This document shows positions 1 to 13,199 of a DNA stretch of 64,000 nt, in pieces. The notes under the pieces are model-generated. The model ran no database searches, had not been told where the DNA came from, and was given only the letters and a program-made list of their open reading frames with translations. Source of the stretch: Phoronis australis (taxonomy: Eukaryota; Animalia; Phoronida); the NCBI GenBank assembly GCA_002633005.1, contig NMRA01000023.1, forward strand, positions 546,621 through 610,620, written 5' to 3'. How positions within the stretch are numbered: position 1 is the first letter of the stretch; each line of letters opens with the position of its first letter. The position numbers were made by a program, and so were the translations under genes.

Positions 1-213
1 CTGCTAACTATTTCCTGACACCAAAATTTGCAGCTGAGCAACAAAAAATTTCTAGACACCTGGCCCTTGGTATATAACTAGCAACAACCATGAGTAATCA
101 GAAGTAAACATTAGCCGCCAAAACCAGTCATACAACAAACAGGTAACTAGAGGTGATCAGTGAAAACTGAACAATAAACAAAAGACATGTAAAGAGACAG
201 AGGCCATGCTTAC

Positions 214-465
214 ACTTTGCCTTGCCTCCACTACTGCGTAACGTGTTGACGGCGCGTGATAGTGGATTTCTACGAGCCGTGTTGGGGCTGGGAGGCAGGG
301 ACAGGGGGTCCCTGTCGCCCACGGGGAGCATGAGTGAGTCAAGACTGGACATTGAGCCGCGCACGGTCGCACTTAGCTTGCTACCTAGGGGTGTGCACGA
401 GACGATCGCGTGGAAGTACTTTTCTTGCTCGATGCTTGTCGACATTATCTCACCGCCCGTCGTGG
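214..465 (-). CDS. SBF2: SBF2-like exon 29 (TTGGEIMSTSIEQEKYFHAIV...NTLRSSGGKAK)
   Basis: ttgcag / gtaagc, 252 nt, phase 1-1, contains the S.EQEKY motif. Downstream exons lie outside the window. Confidence 0.88.
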
Positions 466-1512
466 CTGCAAGTAAACCCCACAAAAATATTAGATTGATG
501 GCGCAAGTGAAATGATACCAACTGCAGTGTAGTACTTGATGTGCGGCAAAATTTGAGACAGAAATAATTGCCAAATTTCGTCTATTCTCAAGTTTCAAAG
601 GTTGCAAAATTTCAAAAAAACATTGTTGGATGTTAGCTATGGTATAGAACGTATAAGAAATAAGGACAGAAAATTTTGCACAAAGTTGGCTCTGGACTTG
701 CTGACCAGCATCAATTTCAGCTGAGTTCTTGTTTTTTTAAAAAGCTGCACAGTGGCAGGTTAGCAAGGGCAAGCACCATTCTTGCTAGTATCAGATTGAT
801 TTTCTTTTTTGAAAAAGTGATCACTTATAAAGAAATATCACACCACCAACTCAGTTCTTAAAAAAATCATAGACCAGAATCAAATCTGATTTTTGGCCAT
901 ATATGGATTCAAAAGGATACTGAATAGCCAACAGTGAACAGACACCCCTTGACAAGAAGTGTTTTGAAAATTCGTACATTTCCTTTGACAGAGACGAATC
1001 GGGTCATACGCAGAAATAATAGGAATCTTGGCTCTTTACTTTGAACAATTTAGAGATTTATAGCAAGACAAATATCAGATGATTACTTGTAAATTAATTT
1101 AACCCACATTCATGTAAATTTTTTTAAGTGATATTTCACATTAATAGTTCTCTAACAAATTTACCCTAAATAACGCAAAGGTCTTTCCTACAGAGAAAAT
1201 TACATCAAATTCATGGGACACAAACCACCTCTAACAAAACCACAATCACGACAACAACCAATAACAACCGTACATCAAACTCACAAACCGGATCACCGCT
1301 TTGTACTCAGCGTTCATTCACACACAATAATTCCTGACCATTAAGTACATGACTGTACGTGACATCCATCAACGCTGTGTTCACACATGCTGATCACTTG
1401 CAAGAACACAAGGCTTCATGCTAAACCACCACACACATCTGACAGATCTCACAGGCTCCCATTCGTTCACCAGCCAGCAGTGAACACGTCCCAGCACCCA
1501 ACTTGAACTCAC

Positions 1513-1628
1513 AAGAGGGTGCGTTGTGGTGGCTCTTCCAGATCCCCATCACCCCTCGGCTGTGGAAGCCACTGGCCCTCAGTAAGACCGCCTTGTTACG
1601 AGGATGTCGCCACGAGACCACGGGGAAC
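1513..1628 (-). CDS. SBF2: SBF2-like exon 28 ([39 protein letters not shown])
   Basis: tggtag / gtgagt, 116 nt. Confidence 0.9.
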
Positions 1629-4267
1629 CTACCACAATGTAACGGGCAGATTTCAAAAGCAGTAAACAACAACAAGTAAATAAAAACTCGTCATAGTTAT
1701 CTACCATACTGGAAAAACATTGTAAAGCTTGGTGAAGGGTATTTATTTGTGAACTGCCAGACACTTCTTAATCAGCACTACCTTCATTCTCAAATCACCA
1801 CGTTTACAATTGCATCAGTTAGTTCCAGTAAGACCTGCGTAGAGTTCAGTAACACTAGTGCCTAGTAAGAAAAGCAAGGTCTAGCCAGATTCAGCAATAC
1901 ATCATCGTGCCGCGAAACAGTTATTGAACTCGGCCATGTAACCACCTACCCTTGTTACCAAGATAATTTAAGATTTTAAAAAATTATTTAGCTTTAACTT
2001 GTTTTTAAAACACAAATACCAACTCCTTGGTGACCAATCCTCAAAAAGATCACCAGCAATCTCATAACTTTAAAATCAACTTTGCCTACTTTTAAATTTA
2101 ACTGTATTAAGATGTTAAATATCTTTTCTTTCCAAACTCAGAAGAAAACACTTTTAATGCGCAAGGAACAGGCCGAGCTTGGCTTTACAAAAACAAGTGG
2201 TCAAAATCACAAGTTAGTTCTTCTTGATGGAAGACAGGTCTACAAAACTCCAAACAGACGTTGAAAGATAATTTGATCTCGTGGCAACAATACCTGCAAA
2301 GATTTTGTTAAGCGTCGGCTGTTGGACTGGGTCAATTTTATTTTCAGTACGTCCAATCGCTTAATACGCTGTAGCCCAGACATATGCCCGATTCATTTCT
2401 TGGAATGGCGTAGACATAATTCATGCTCTTTGCCCTTCGTGCTTTGTCATGAACTTGACGATTCACGGCAAAGAATCAGTCCGTTCAAAAGTTTTTTGTT
2501 TTCTCAGCAGATTAATTTGGGCCAAAGTTTGGTCGCCATACTCCAATCTTATTGGGTGGTGCTTGTGCATTTCTCACGAATATTATTGGTTACTTTTGGT
2601 GCATTTCTCATGTCATCAGCCAATCGAAACTGAGCTCATCTTATTAATTTGTAAGGAGTTTCATTGGCTAATCCAATATCTACGATTACCCCTTGTGAAA
2701 AACTGCCATGCCGTTCACAAATCTTTACTGTGACAGCAGCAGTGCGCAACATTTGCATTTTCAGAAAAGTAATTTCAGCATTTCGGACAGCCAGTGTCGT
2801 CTGGTTCTTGTCGTAAGAAACGACATGCGCATTAGGCACATAGTAGTGAATATGTGTCGTCTGCCGTAAAAAGGCCTTAACAAGGCTGTGGACTATTTTT
2901 ACAAACCGAGATATGTTCCAGGTACAGACGTTGACCCAGATCCTGATGCGACAGATGATCAAATTATTGATCTGGATCGTGGTGATAATGAGGCTGTGAA
3001 CAAAATACAAATATGCGTGCAATGAGCGGTGAACTTTTCAATGTACTGGATTTTACCGACATCGGCATCTGAGTTCCTACAGTTCGCTCCTGAATTGAGA
3101 ATAGGTGCTTCTCAACAAGAAGAATGAGTTTGGAATAGCGTAAAAAATCAATCAAATATTGGTTTTAACTGTCCTTACTCTCCCATACACTAACATGGGA
3201 AACTCACATGAATTGGTGAGTGTAATCTACCTAATTACGTATTCAAGATTTTGGATGAAACTGTGACCTCGATGTTGTGCAACAATTCTGGTTGCACAAA
3301 GAGTTTTACCGTTGGCTGTACCAACTTCAGAACATTGAATTTTGACTGACATTGCAAGAATATTGACCATAAGAAAGCTGTAAGTGCAAGACATGAGCTT
3401 TGAAAAAAGATAGTTCGATTGTCGAGTCCGTGTGTGATTAAAAATTCGATTTGCTAACCAAAACACTTCCGACTGTCTACTTCATGGGAAGACAGGACAT
3501 TACTGCAGAAAAATTTACCTCTATGTTAGATTTTTGGGCGTAGTCAACATTGACATCACTTGTATGAAAGTCGCTATCTTTTTTATTCGAGAGTTTATGC
3601 ATACTGTTTCAAACACGTATGTGCAGACTTCATTTACCCTAGGGTTTTCCAATGCTGTGCAAACATACATTGTCAATTGGAGTTTCACATGCAAGACTTT
3701 TATGCACTTCAAGCAATTTGTACATGTCCCTGGACTTTAACTTTTATCACGAGCGCCCATTCTTAATGAAAATGGTATTTGGCCCATCAATGTCACATTC
3801 TAGATACATCGCTGGTGTGTTGATAAACAGGGGCTGGGAAATGGGCCAAGATTTTGAATTGAGCAGCAAAACCCCAATCAGCTTTAGGCAAACCATTCAA
3901 CAAAATTAGCACAGTTAAACTGTTTTCGCATGTTTATGTTTTTACTTGATATGAAAACCGTGTTTGAATTTGGAGTAACTAACTAACGTTATGTCCATGA
4001 CACTTTTATTTCCACTTGTGCCCTCGTATTATGGGATGGGTATACACACCACTGCATGGCGCCGAGGCAACTGGGGTATCGATGCAAAGCCAATGCTGGC
4101 AGGAACAAGCCGTGTTTGGTCTGAACTTTTGAAAAATTTGAACTCCCAGTTATAAATCCCACCTCTAGTGGCGATTTTTGTCTGGCTGATTTTCAAAATG
4201 TTCGGACAGATTTTGACACTTCAGGACAAATGTCCATGACCTAGAAAAAATAGCAAAATCTCTGTAC

Positions 4268-4348
4268 CTGTACTGTCGGTGCGTCCGGGCAAACTTGCGA
4301 ATACTGTCGTCATTGACAGATTGAGGTACACAGAGCAAGGCCGGGTAA
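4268..4348 (-). CDS. SBF2: SBF2-like exon 27 (SYPALLCVPQSVNDDSIRKFARTHRQY)
   Basis: ttgcag / gtacag, 81 nt, myotubularin SYP..L.VP motif. Confidence 0.92.
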
Positions 4349-5024
4349 CTGCAACAGAGGAGATAACCCAAACTAAAAAAGAGTCTACATACAAAAGGAG
4401 ACTTCTACAATGATTATCAAAATAAACTAGACAGATTTCGACAGAAGCCTGACACACTATGCCAAACTCAAACGAACTTCGTGCCAGAACAAATGGATAG
4501 TTAGTAGATCATTTGCCACAATGAAATAGCGACACCTGTTGAGATTTTGTGGACGTTTAGCGGGGACTGAAATGGATTCTAGTTGAAAAGAAAGGGAAAT
4601 TAAGTCACTTTTATCTGTTTCATAACTTTGTCGAATCTCCAGACATCATAACAGAAAATGTACAGCAATGCTTTTCAATCCCTGGATTTCAAGGTAAAAT
4701 ATTCAGCTTGTTGATAAGTATCTTTAAAACTTTATAATGTTTATGTATTCTTGTCATAACAAAGGAATAAAATCAAAATAAGAACTGGATACATTATTTG
4801 TAAGTAGTCAATCTACATTTTTGAAATTCAACTGAACTTTCTGACATTCAAGAATATTTCGAAAAAATTGTGAAACCTGTTTTCATGCTGGGCTTTCTGC
4901 ATTACTTCAGTAAAGTCTGGCGGATTTCTACTGAACTAGTCAACTTTTTTTGAAGAAAACTGCTGTATTTTATCACACCTAGGGAATTGCACAGGTTACA
5001 GAATGAAAAATCAAGCTTGTAATC

Positions 5025-5062
5025 NNNNNNNNNNNNNNNNNNNNNNNNNNNNNNNNNNNNNN
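5025..5062. other. Assembly gap (38 N)
   Basis: N run. Confidence 0.99.
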
Positions 5063-5659
5063 TGGCTGGTTTGTTCGTGATGTCTGATCAGTTTCCGAGC
5101 CACTGGTAGGGATAACGAGTCAATCCGGCCGGCCGCGACGGGCCTGATCGGGCTCCGAGCCACTGGCCAGGATAACAAGTGTTTTGTGTTTAGAACTCAG
5201 AAAATCACAAACATAAACAACACACATCTAGGTTCTCCTGTCTGTATCTCACGGAAAATACTTCGAAATTATCTCCGAACACACTCCAAACTCCTGCTAC
5301 GGAGCTTATTGGCCTGCCGAACTTTGTAGGCTACGGTGTGTCCAAATACCAATAAATCCGTAACAGTGAAATAAAACAACACGTTTTTGTAAGAACTCGG
5401 TGTATTTTTAAGGGTTTTACATCGAAGTTTGATGATTTATTGGTGTTAAACGATGACTCCAAGCGATAAGCTGATACCAGTAACCCGTGTTGTGAACTGC
5501 TGAACAGAATGCGTGTGAAACCGATGACGTAACTGGATAATTTCAACACCTTCGTCTGCTGTCAGGTGTCAGGTAACGCAACCGCACGTGTCGTTATGGA
5601 GTAGAACTACTCTATCTAAATTGATACAAATTAGGTTGTTTTTTGGGTGGCATTCTCCT
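5063..5659. mobile_element. Possible Kolobok-type non-autonomous element, one end visible
   Basis: CpG-rich segment with an internal direct repeat (tccgagccactgg..ggataac x2) ending gggtggcattctcct-TTAA. The other end is not visible (gap 5025-5062). Confidence 0.35.
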
Positions 5660-5743
5660 TTAACAAAACATGCCAAAACAGTACACAACTACAGCCATAT
5701 GTATCACTTTATCAACCAGCCCATATAGACCGAAATCTCTCAC

Positions 5744-5927
5744 CTTCTGCAGACTGAATAGCTGGCATTCACTATCGTTATCCTAAATGGCTCCGTCCGA
5801 CTCCGACTGCTGTTGAGCGTGCCCAGACCCAGTCGCTGGTAGTCACGGTAACTGACCTTCTCCGATAACCTCTCTAGACTCTTGGGGTCAGCAGCGAATG
5901 AAACGGGTGTGTCAGCCTCGTCGATAA
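5744..5927 (-). CDS. SBF2: SBF2-like exon 26 (IDEADTP...SYRDYQRLGLG...EPFRITIVNASYSVCR)
   Basis: ttgcag / gtgaga, 184 nt, start of the myotubularin-like domain. Confidence 0.91.
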
Positions 5928-8677
5928 CTGCAACCAAGTTGTGAACATGATAACAATATCAAAAACTTGTGAAACATTCATCCCATAACAGCAGAGTACA
6001 TATCGTAGTCATCCGGTCTGATGCCAAACTCGAAGAAACGCCCACCCCAAATATTACGAGCTATTCTTAATAACATCCCCGTTCAGTCATAAAAAATTCT
6101 GTTGTGGAGAACACTAAACCCAATAGACTGCTCCACTGAATGGCCACTCATGCTTGGCTTAAAGCTTATGCCAAATTTTATGTTTCTCAATTCTCTTGCC
6201 CAGTCAATTCACCTGAACAGAACAGTACCACGTGCTCATTCACCTCCCAAATTAAACTCAAACCATAACTAGCATATTTCTACTGAACTAAAAATACCAA
6301 TCCTTGGTCGTCTTCAAAAAAATTTTCAGCCTCAAGTAACAGTTTTCCTGGCCCTTAGCATCAACAGAAACATGATGTAAATGAACCAGCAAAAGGTCCA
6401 CATCTTGGTGTTTGTGTGCTCAAAACTAATGAGCAAACACAATGACCTAAACACTGTTCAATAATAAGCCACGTTGCTGTGTTAGCTCAAAGGAGAAGAA
6501 TGAACAAGATGTGGGTCTTTTGTCGGGCCATGAGCAAAGAAAACCGTAATTAACACTGAAAATTTCTCCCACACAACCAGGCATTTGTATTTTTACAAAA
6601 GCAACACCAAAATGTTAACTATCCTCTTTAAGGATGTTCTAGCTGATGTTGTGTCATTCTTGAACATCACATTCCCTGTGCTTCTAATGTAGCGTGCAGC
6701 TCAACTCAGATGGGAAATCAATTCAGAGTGTGATGTGGTAATGCAGGCATGTAACCTAATGTCCTGTATGGCTAGTGACGGTTAATGCAAAAATAGCCTA
6801 AATTGCAGCACAAATTAAAGTTTCATTGAGCACTGCACGGGCAGGTCAACATGGCCAACTTTAAAGTAAAATAAATAAGAATGAAGTGTTTTGTAAAGAC
6901 TAACGATAACAGTCATGAGCTGATTTCTGATCACAGTACAACTACAGAAAACAAGTCAGAGTTGATTAACCCTTCTTTCCAACCTTTTGGGATTATTACA
7001 GAGTTAAACCAAAATATTCAACACATGGCACTGTGTGAGCCAGGATGTACAAAGGAATAGCCATATTACTGTAACAGCGCTCAATATACCTTAAATACTT
7101 AGCTTACAAACACTGAGCAAGACAGCGATGTAATTCACAAAGCAGCTGAACAACGCGAAATACATAGCATTTCAATAACTGCACAGCAGATTGTAAGTGC
7201 TGTGCTAACACCACCTGGTGATAACCTCATCATGCTCTAAGCCTATAAACATATGATACGGATGATTGGCAAGTAGATATTATGTTGATATTACTTATTA
7301 TGTCTTTGTTTAAACAATGTCGAAGCTACAACACAAGAGTGTATGCAATTATGGCATAAAATTCACCAAGCTTGAATGGTCCTTACAGGCAAGTTTTTAC
7401 CAAGGAGGTAAAATGTACACAGCGTTATTAAGGCTTAGACAATATTATTCAAGCTTTTGGGGTCCACCTTATTCTAGGTTCGACTCTAAGCTTGCATAAC
7501 ACTGACCTAGCTACATGGCAGAAGTTTTAGTAGTACAGTATACCGTACGAGCTACATTGTTACACGTGAATAGGCCATGGGATCTGTTCATTTTCACGAC
7601 CATTGGGTAAGAAAACGAGCCTTGCTTGGTGACGGATCTCGCCAAAGGTAGCTTGAACTCTGTTGCTGATAAACAGTCTTATCCAAACTTGCACAGCCAT
7701 AGCTACAATGAGGCATTCCAAGCTTGGAATTCAATGTTGAAAAACGTGACAGTCCAAACAAGCTTATTCAAGATTTTTTGACAAGCCTGATTTACCTCTT
7801 TTTCAAGCTAATCAAAAACTTGTTAGTAAGCAAGCAACGAAATTCAAGCTTGGAGAAAAACATCAAAATAAAACCATGTACAATTACCCTTAACAAAGCC
7901 TGGTCAAATTTACAAATTTAGCCAAGTACTGCAGCTTGTCTATACTTAGAAAATCCAAGTGTAAAGAAAGCCATGCTAGATAAGAAGAACAACACCTTTC
8001 TACTGCTGAATGTCACCAAACTACAGTCAACATGACCGCACCACACCACCATGCACAAAAAGCCAACCCGCATAAACGTCTAAGTGAGAACTAAGTCTCC
8101 AACCCACGCACCATGCACGCAACCAACTTGAGCTAATAGCCCGTCCCGAAATACCAGTGCACCACTCAAGCTGTGCAGTATGTACCCACAATGCTACACA
8201 CCTGTCAGGTGCCTATCCTGGTGCTTCATGTACAACTAAACAGTGCCGTGCCAATCAATCTGTTGTATTACATATGTTACGACATGGGATATATTTATGC
8301 CAGTAAAATTTCACTGCTCATGATGAGTTGCATCCCTCACACTGCAAAGGCGAACAAGTTGGGCAAGGATGTCAAACTTCATTTATCAAGTCTCAGTACA
8401 TTTTGAAAGCTAGGGCAATCCCTGAATGCAATTTCCTACTGCAAAAGGTAAGACTGCGGTTCGGGACAGGGCTATTATTTTCGAAGATAAATTGGACATC
8501 GCTAAAGCTCCATCCATAGCCAATCCAAATGCCTAAAACGTGAGGCTCTGAATACAACCCCAACGACAGGTGCAACATGGCTGAAAATCCAAGCATTCAA
8601 CTTGAAAACAACTACGGGTTGTTAACCAACAGCTGAACTAGCTAAACAACGATTAGAGGCACAACACCAGCACAAAC

Positions 8678-8749
8678 CCGAGGTGGTCTCTGATTCGTCA
8701 AACTCGAGCGAGAATTGGGCGGGGCCAGGACTCTGGCGAAAGCCGTCAT
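8678..8749 (-). CDS. SBF2: Candidate symmetric cassette exon 25a (NDGFRQSPGPAQFSLEFDESETTS)
   Basis: gttcttttcag acceptor, G/gtttgt donor, 72 nt, phase 1-1, open in the required frame, GC/CpG-richer than the flanking intron. No homology support. Confidence 0.6.
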
Positions 8750-9303
8750 CTGAAAAGAACAGGTAGCCACTGATCACCCCCTAAAGGAGCCTTGCTAGGG
8801 GTAGACACTATGCTCAAACACAGCACTCTGTTATAAAACCACAACGTTACTAATAATGAAGCTAGAAGGGAAGCCAAGAAGATAATGTTAGCCATATGTG
8901 AATGAATGGCTGCAATACAAGTAAAGAGTTAATAGAGCAGGTCACAAGCTTGCTAGTTCCACGGTTCACAACCAATTCTGTGTGGAAACGGTTTAAGACT
9001 CATGCAGCCCTTATTACATTAAGTCAAAATTGCAAACCACAAACTGGATAAACCAAGTCAGCAGAGATCCATCTTTCCATTGAGGCAATCAATGAACTCC
9101 ATTCAGTCCATGGTTTTAGAATTGCATAACCAGGAATGATAACTTCCCAGGATAATAAATCAAAGGGTTAAATCCCAAAACACGAACCAATGGTTTTCAA
9201 CGATGCTGTTGCAATATTATTGTAAACTGTCTTCCTAAACACAGGCATAGCATTTCAACAATGCAGGAATGAGTTTCCAAAGCAGGATATTCAAGTTAAT
9301 TCG

Positions 9304-9552
9304 ATGATGTCCATGTCAACTGAATGTTATGTCCCTATACAAGTCCCTGGCTAGAAGCCAATTCACTATGATGTCCATGTCAACTCAAAGTTATGTCCCC
9401 ATACAAGTCCCTGGCTAGAATCCAATTCACTATGATGTCCATGTCAACTCAAAGTTATGTCCCCATACAAGTCCCTGGCTAGAAGCCAATTCACTATGAT
9501 GTCCATGTCAACTCAAAGTTATGTCCCCATAAGAGAATCTGGCTAGAAGCCA
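9304..9552. repeat. 64-bp tandem repeat, ~4 copies
   Basis: gatgtccatgtcaact at 9306, 9370, 9434 and 9498. Confidence 0.95.
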
Positions 9553-10540
9553 GTTGACTAAGACTGACCTCCTGACCAGAGCATGCCCATTAGCCATAAC
9601 ACTATATCAGCAAAGAGTCTGATTCAAGTGCAACAATAATTCTGCGTTAGTCCAAAAGATGACTCAGCTACCGTAGATACTGTATTATCTTCCTTATTTG
9701 GTGCAATCCCCTTATTTAGCACATCTAAAATTACACATATAGGCCAAAATTACAGTACTTTTTGCCATGCACAGATTACATCAAGGTTAGAGTTTCAATT
9801 CGTAAAAAAACATTTCTTTGGTCCAATATACTCCTGCTGTCCACCAGTTAATGTGCACATTACTTGAGTTTAACACCTAGTTTCAGAAAATCGGTAGAAA
9901 ATTACTGCAGAACTACTGAAATACCAAAATACAACCGGATCGTGGACACAAACTAGAAATCGTGGTCACACACACACACACATATATATTAGTACATATC
10001 GTGAAATAAACGTTTCTGCTGTGCTCACAAATACACCAAATCAGATTAAATTCCAAAGCATTCGCAAGGCAAAAGTGTCTGAATCAGCAAAGAAAAACAA
10101 GATGACAGGGGCATGCCAAAGAACAAAAGCCATGGTTAATTTTGTCAGTGCACAGAGAGTACTTCTTTGTGACAAGGATTAGAAACAGATTAGTCCCATC
10201 AAAATATCACAACTTTGACACACAGCACGACATAAACTTTTCAAAATTACAATGCACTTGTCATGTGTAACAAAAACCGGTTGAACAAAGAGGCTGGAGA
10301 ATTATATACCCAGCAACACGGAAAAATAGTTGTCTCAAAGCAAACATACCTCACAATTCCTCTGAGGCCGTTACTTATAACACTTCAGAGATCACCACGC
10401 CCATCACTGACATTTCCCAGAGGATACACTACCCATAGTTTCATATCACTCAGTCATTTAGTTGCTGTCATTTACAACTCAATAAAAGCTTCTCTCCCAC
10501 AACTTCCTGGAGGCTACTAGCAACACCCCTTATCACATTA

Positions 10541-10975
10541 CTGACAGACCAGCTTTGACTCACCCGGTCACTAGCCCATCCTCTAAAGACCACTAGCTCC
10601 ACCCATAGAGTCCACTAACTCCACCCATAGAGGCCACTAGCTCCACAGCTTGTAGGCCAACAGTTCCACTCCATAGAGAACAATTGACCTATCGCAAACT
10701 CCGCCCTCTTGTGAAATGTTGACAAACAAACAATACGTTTTACTCGGAAACGTGTCGTTTGTCGGGTAAAATTGCGACTTGGAAACGACGGTGTGTCAAG
10801 AATGATGCGTTCTGATTGGTAAGTTAAGCCGTCTCTCAAAATCCAGGCGATGGGTCAATAGGTCCAACACCTATCACAGGACTGACAAGACCACCTTAGA
10901 CTCACTTGGCCATTAGCTCCCCCCTCCTACAGGCAACTAGCTCCACCTCCTTGGAGCCACTAGCTAAATCCACCT
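10541..10975. repeat. Degenerate ~20-bp (cactagctccaccc) repeats in two related blocks
   Basis: Blocks 10541-10680 and 10882-10975 both begin ctgaca..gacca..t.gactcac and contain ctagctccac units. Confidence 0.7.
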
Positions 10976-11011
10976 ATCACATGAGTGACAGGTCACCAAT
11001 AGCTGACTTAC

Positions 11012-11214
11012 TGGACAATGTGTCCTCATCATAAACACTGCTGGGTGGTCGACTACTGTCAAAGCTGTCTACTGAGAGTCGGTCTGACGAGACACTCTTG
11101 CGGTACATTTCAGGAGTCCGTGTGGGAAGCACGTACTTGTGCTTGCGTTGCTGTTTAGCAGGCATTAGACCGGCCTTGCGTGCGGTTCTGACTAGAGTTT
11201 TCTTGGCAAATCCC
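11012..11214 (-). CDS. SBF2: SBF2-like exon 25 (GFAKKTLVRTARKAGL...YDEDTLS)
   Basis: ttgcag / gtaagt, 203 nt, phase 2-1. Confidence 0.9.
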
Positions 11215-11814
11215 CTGCAACAAATACAACACAATTTATTCGCCAGACTTTAGATACTCTTAATGAAGCTACACAGCTGCTTTCTCATGTGAATGACTTT
11301 CGCTTATTCAGATCACAGGCAGTTGCGAAATTGTTCTCAAATTGTTACCAAAAGTCAAATTGCAGGTGATTTTCTGTGCTTGAGAATGGCCTCAAGCAGT
11401 AATGAACTGTCAGTTCTTTCCAAGGGAAACAACCACTAATCATCTGAATAAGGAACTAGTTGACACTAGTTTTACTGCTTCAGTGAGATGTCTCAATCGG
11501 ATCTTAGCTTCTTCGTCAGAACAGCATTTTATGTAGCCACTTTAAACATTTAACGACCACTTCAAGACAATCCCAGTATTTACCTCAGCAACACCTCTTA
11601 TGCGCCCCCTTCGGCCAGGCCTCCTCTCACCAATATTCCTTACTAAAATGTCTCACTTAGTCCCCTTGCATACAATCCAACAAAAATGTGCACAGAACAG
11701 ACTATGGGTAACTAACTGTTCAACATGTTCAACATTACAACCAAATGGAACCATGCATGAAAGAACATCCCAAGCACCAAAACAACAGATTTGTTATTAA
11801 TTTCCCAGTTTTAC

Positions 11815-12125
11815 ATGATTTCCCCAGAGTCTCCTACCAACCCCTCCTATTAACACTTCCTGGCACCCCAGTCTTTCCTCCTCTTACACCCCTCCTCTCA
11901 ACAACATTTCCCGTTACCACCAGTTCTCCTCCTACAAACCTCCCCCCTTAACCCACACCACACCACTTGTTAAAGCAAGGTTTTCTCCTACCAACCCCTC
12001 CTCATAACAACACTTCCTGTTACGCCGATGTTAACTCATCCTAAACCCCTCCTCTTTATCAACACCACTTGTTACCCCAGTCTTTCCTCCTACCAACCCC
12101 TCCACTTAACAACACTTCCTGTTAC
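11815..12125. repeat. Imperfect ~40-50 bp C-rich minisatellite abutting the exon 24 donor
   Basis: Recurrent ctcctaccaacccctcc...aacacttcctgttac units. Confidence 0.8.
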
Positions 12126-12301
12126 CTAAGTGTTCCCTGCTTCTCCTTGCTCTTGTGGTCGGGCACGGCCGCCACTATCTGTACCCCAGTAAAGGCAAAT
12201 GTCTGCAGTACAGTTTGCGGGTTGCGCAGCCGGTGGATGAGTTTACGGAAAACCTCCACATTCTCGGTACCCACCTCCTCATCGAATGCTACCTTCATCA
12301 G
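12126..12301 (-). CDS. SBF2: SBF2-like exon 24 (LMKVAFDEEVGTENVEVFRK...KEKQGTL)
   Basis: ctacag / gtaaca, 176 nt. Confidence 0.92.
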
Positions 12302-13065
12302 CTGTAGACAAAGAACAGACAAGTTCAAGTAGACCACTACATCTTACTTACAACAGCACAAGTCATAAGGAGTCGGACTAGATAACAATTTCTGGTTACG
12401 ACTGGTAATGAAAGGAAATGAGAAGTCATGAGTTGACATGATAGGTCATTCTGGCTACCGTGACGGTGAACTCCGCGTGCACCCACACATCATGGCTGGA
12501 AATTCCGACTGCACTTAGCAGTCATTATGGTGATTTCTGGGTCATTTTGTTAGACTGTTTTTGGTCTGTAGTGTTAGATGAGAAGCTGTTTTTTAAAGGG
12601 TGCAGCTAAGACGACCATAGGCACGTTCTAGCAAACATGACGCTGTGTTTTTAGACAGGCAACAACATTGCAATTTATGCAAAATTATAAACAACTGCGT
12701 TCATCAGCCAGACTTGTAACCTTTGATATAACAGGCCCACAGTCTTTAACATCCAGTTCGGTGGACAATGGGGCTGCCTATACAGGAGGCCTTGTTCAAA
12801 GGCAAGTACCCACTTCTTTTATGTTAATGTAGGAAATCCCATTCAAAAGGAAGCGAATAAAAAGACCTCAATACTGAAATACGGGTCATTCTTTTGAGCC
12901 CGAATTTAAAACTTTTGCATCGAGTTTTAACAAAAATATGCAATATTTTGTTTCAGACTTCACTTCGAATGCATTAGATCACATCTGCGCAAGGACCTGC
13001 AGCAGGTCACCTGTGACTGACAATTACTACTAACCAAGACTTAGCTTTCAACACTCGTAACTTAC

Positions 13066-13199
13066 CTGGAATGTATTAGACCTGATCTGAACAATGTCCT
13101 GTAACCACTGGTCTATGTGTGACAGGTACTGAACATTCACTTTCTTTTCCTTGGTGATTGTCGAAATTGGGAAGCACCGCACGACCACTTGCTCACACG
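13066..13199 (-). CDS. SBF2: SBF2-like exon 23 (ACEQVVVRCFPISTITKEKK...QIRSNTFQ)
   Basis: tttcag / gtaagt, 134 nt. Confidence 0.92.

Noticed and set aside
222-515. Plus-strand ORFs antisense to exons (also 17943-18212, 34553-34783)
   Set aside because: Shadows of the minus-strand coding exons with no independent evidence.
2290-3300. CpG-richer segment with ORFs 2322-2633 and 2636-3022
   Set aside because: No recognisable protein motif or termini; probably a repeat remnant, but it cannot be classified from the sequence alone.
7340-7890. aagctt-rich imperfect palindromic segment, possible old MITE
   Set aside because: Only short inverted matches (ccaagcttgaat); no definable TIR or TSD.
8190-8240. 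34-nt microexon (tttag...CAG/gtgtgt) on the minus strand
   Set aside because: Not a multiple of 3 and it has TAG in the required frame. Only a poison-exon role is possible, and that is unsupported.
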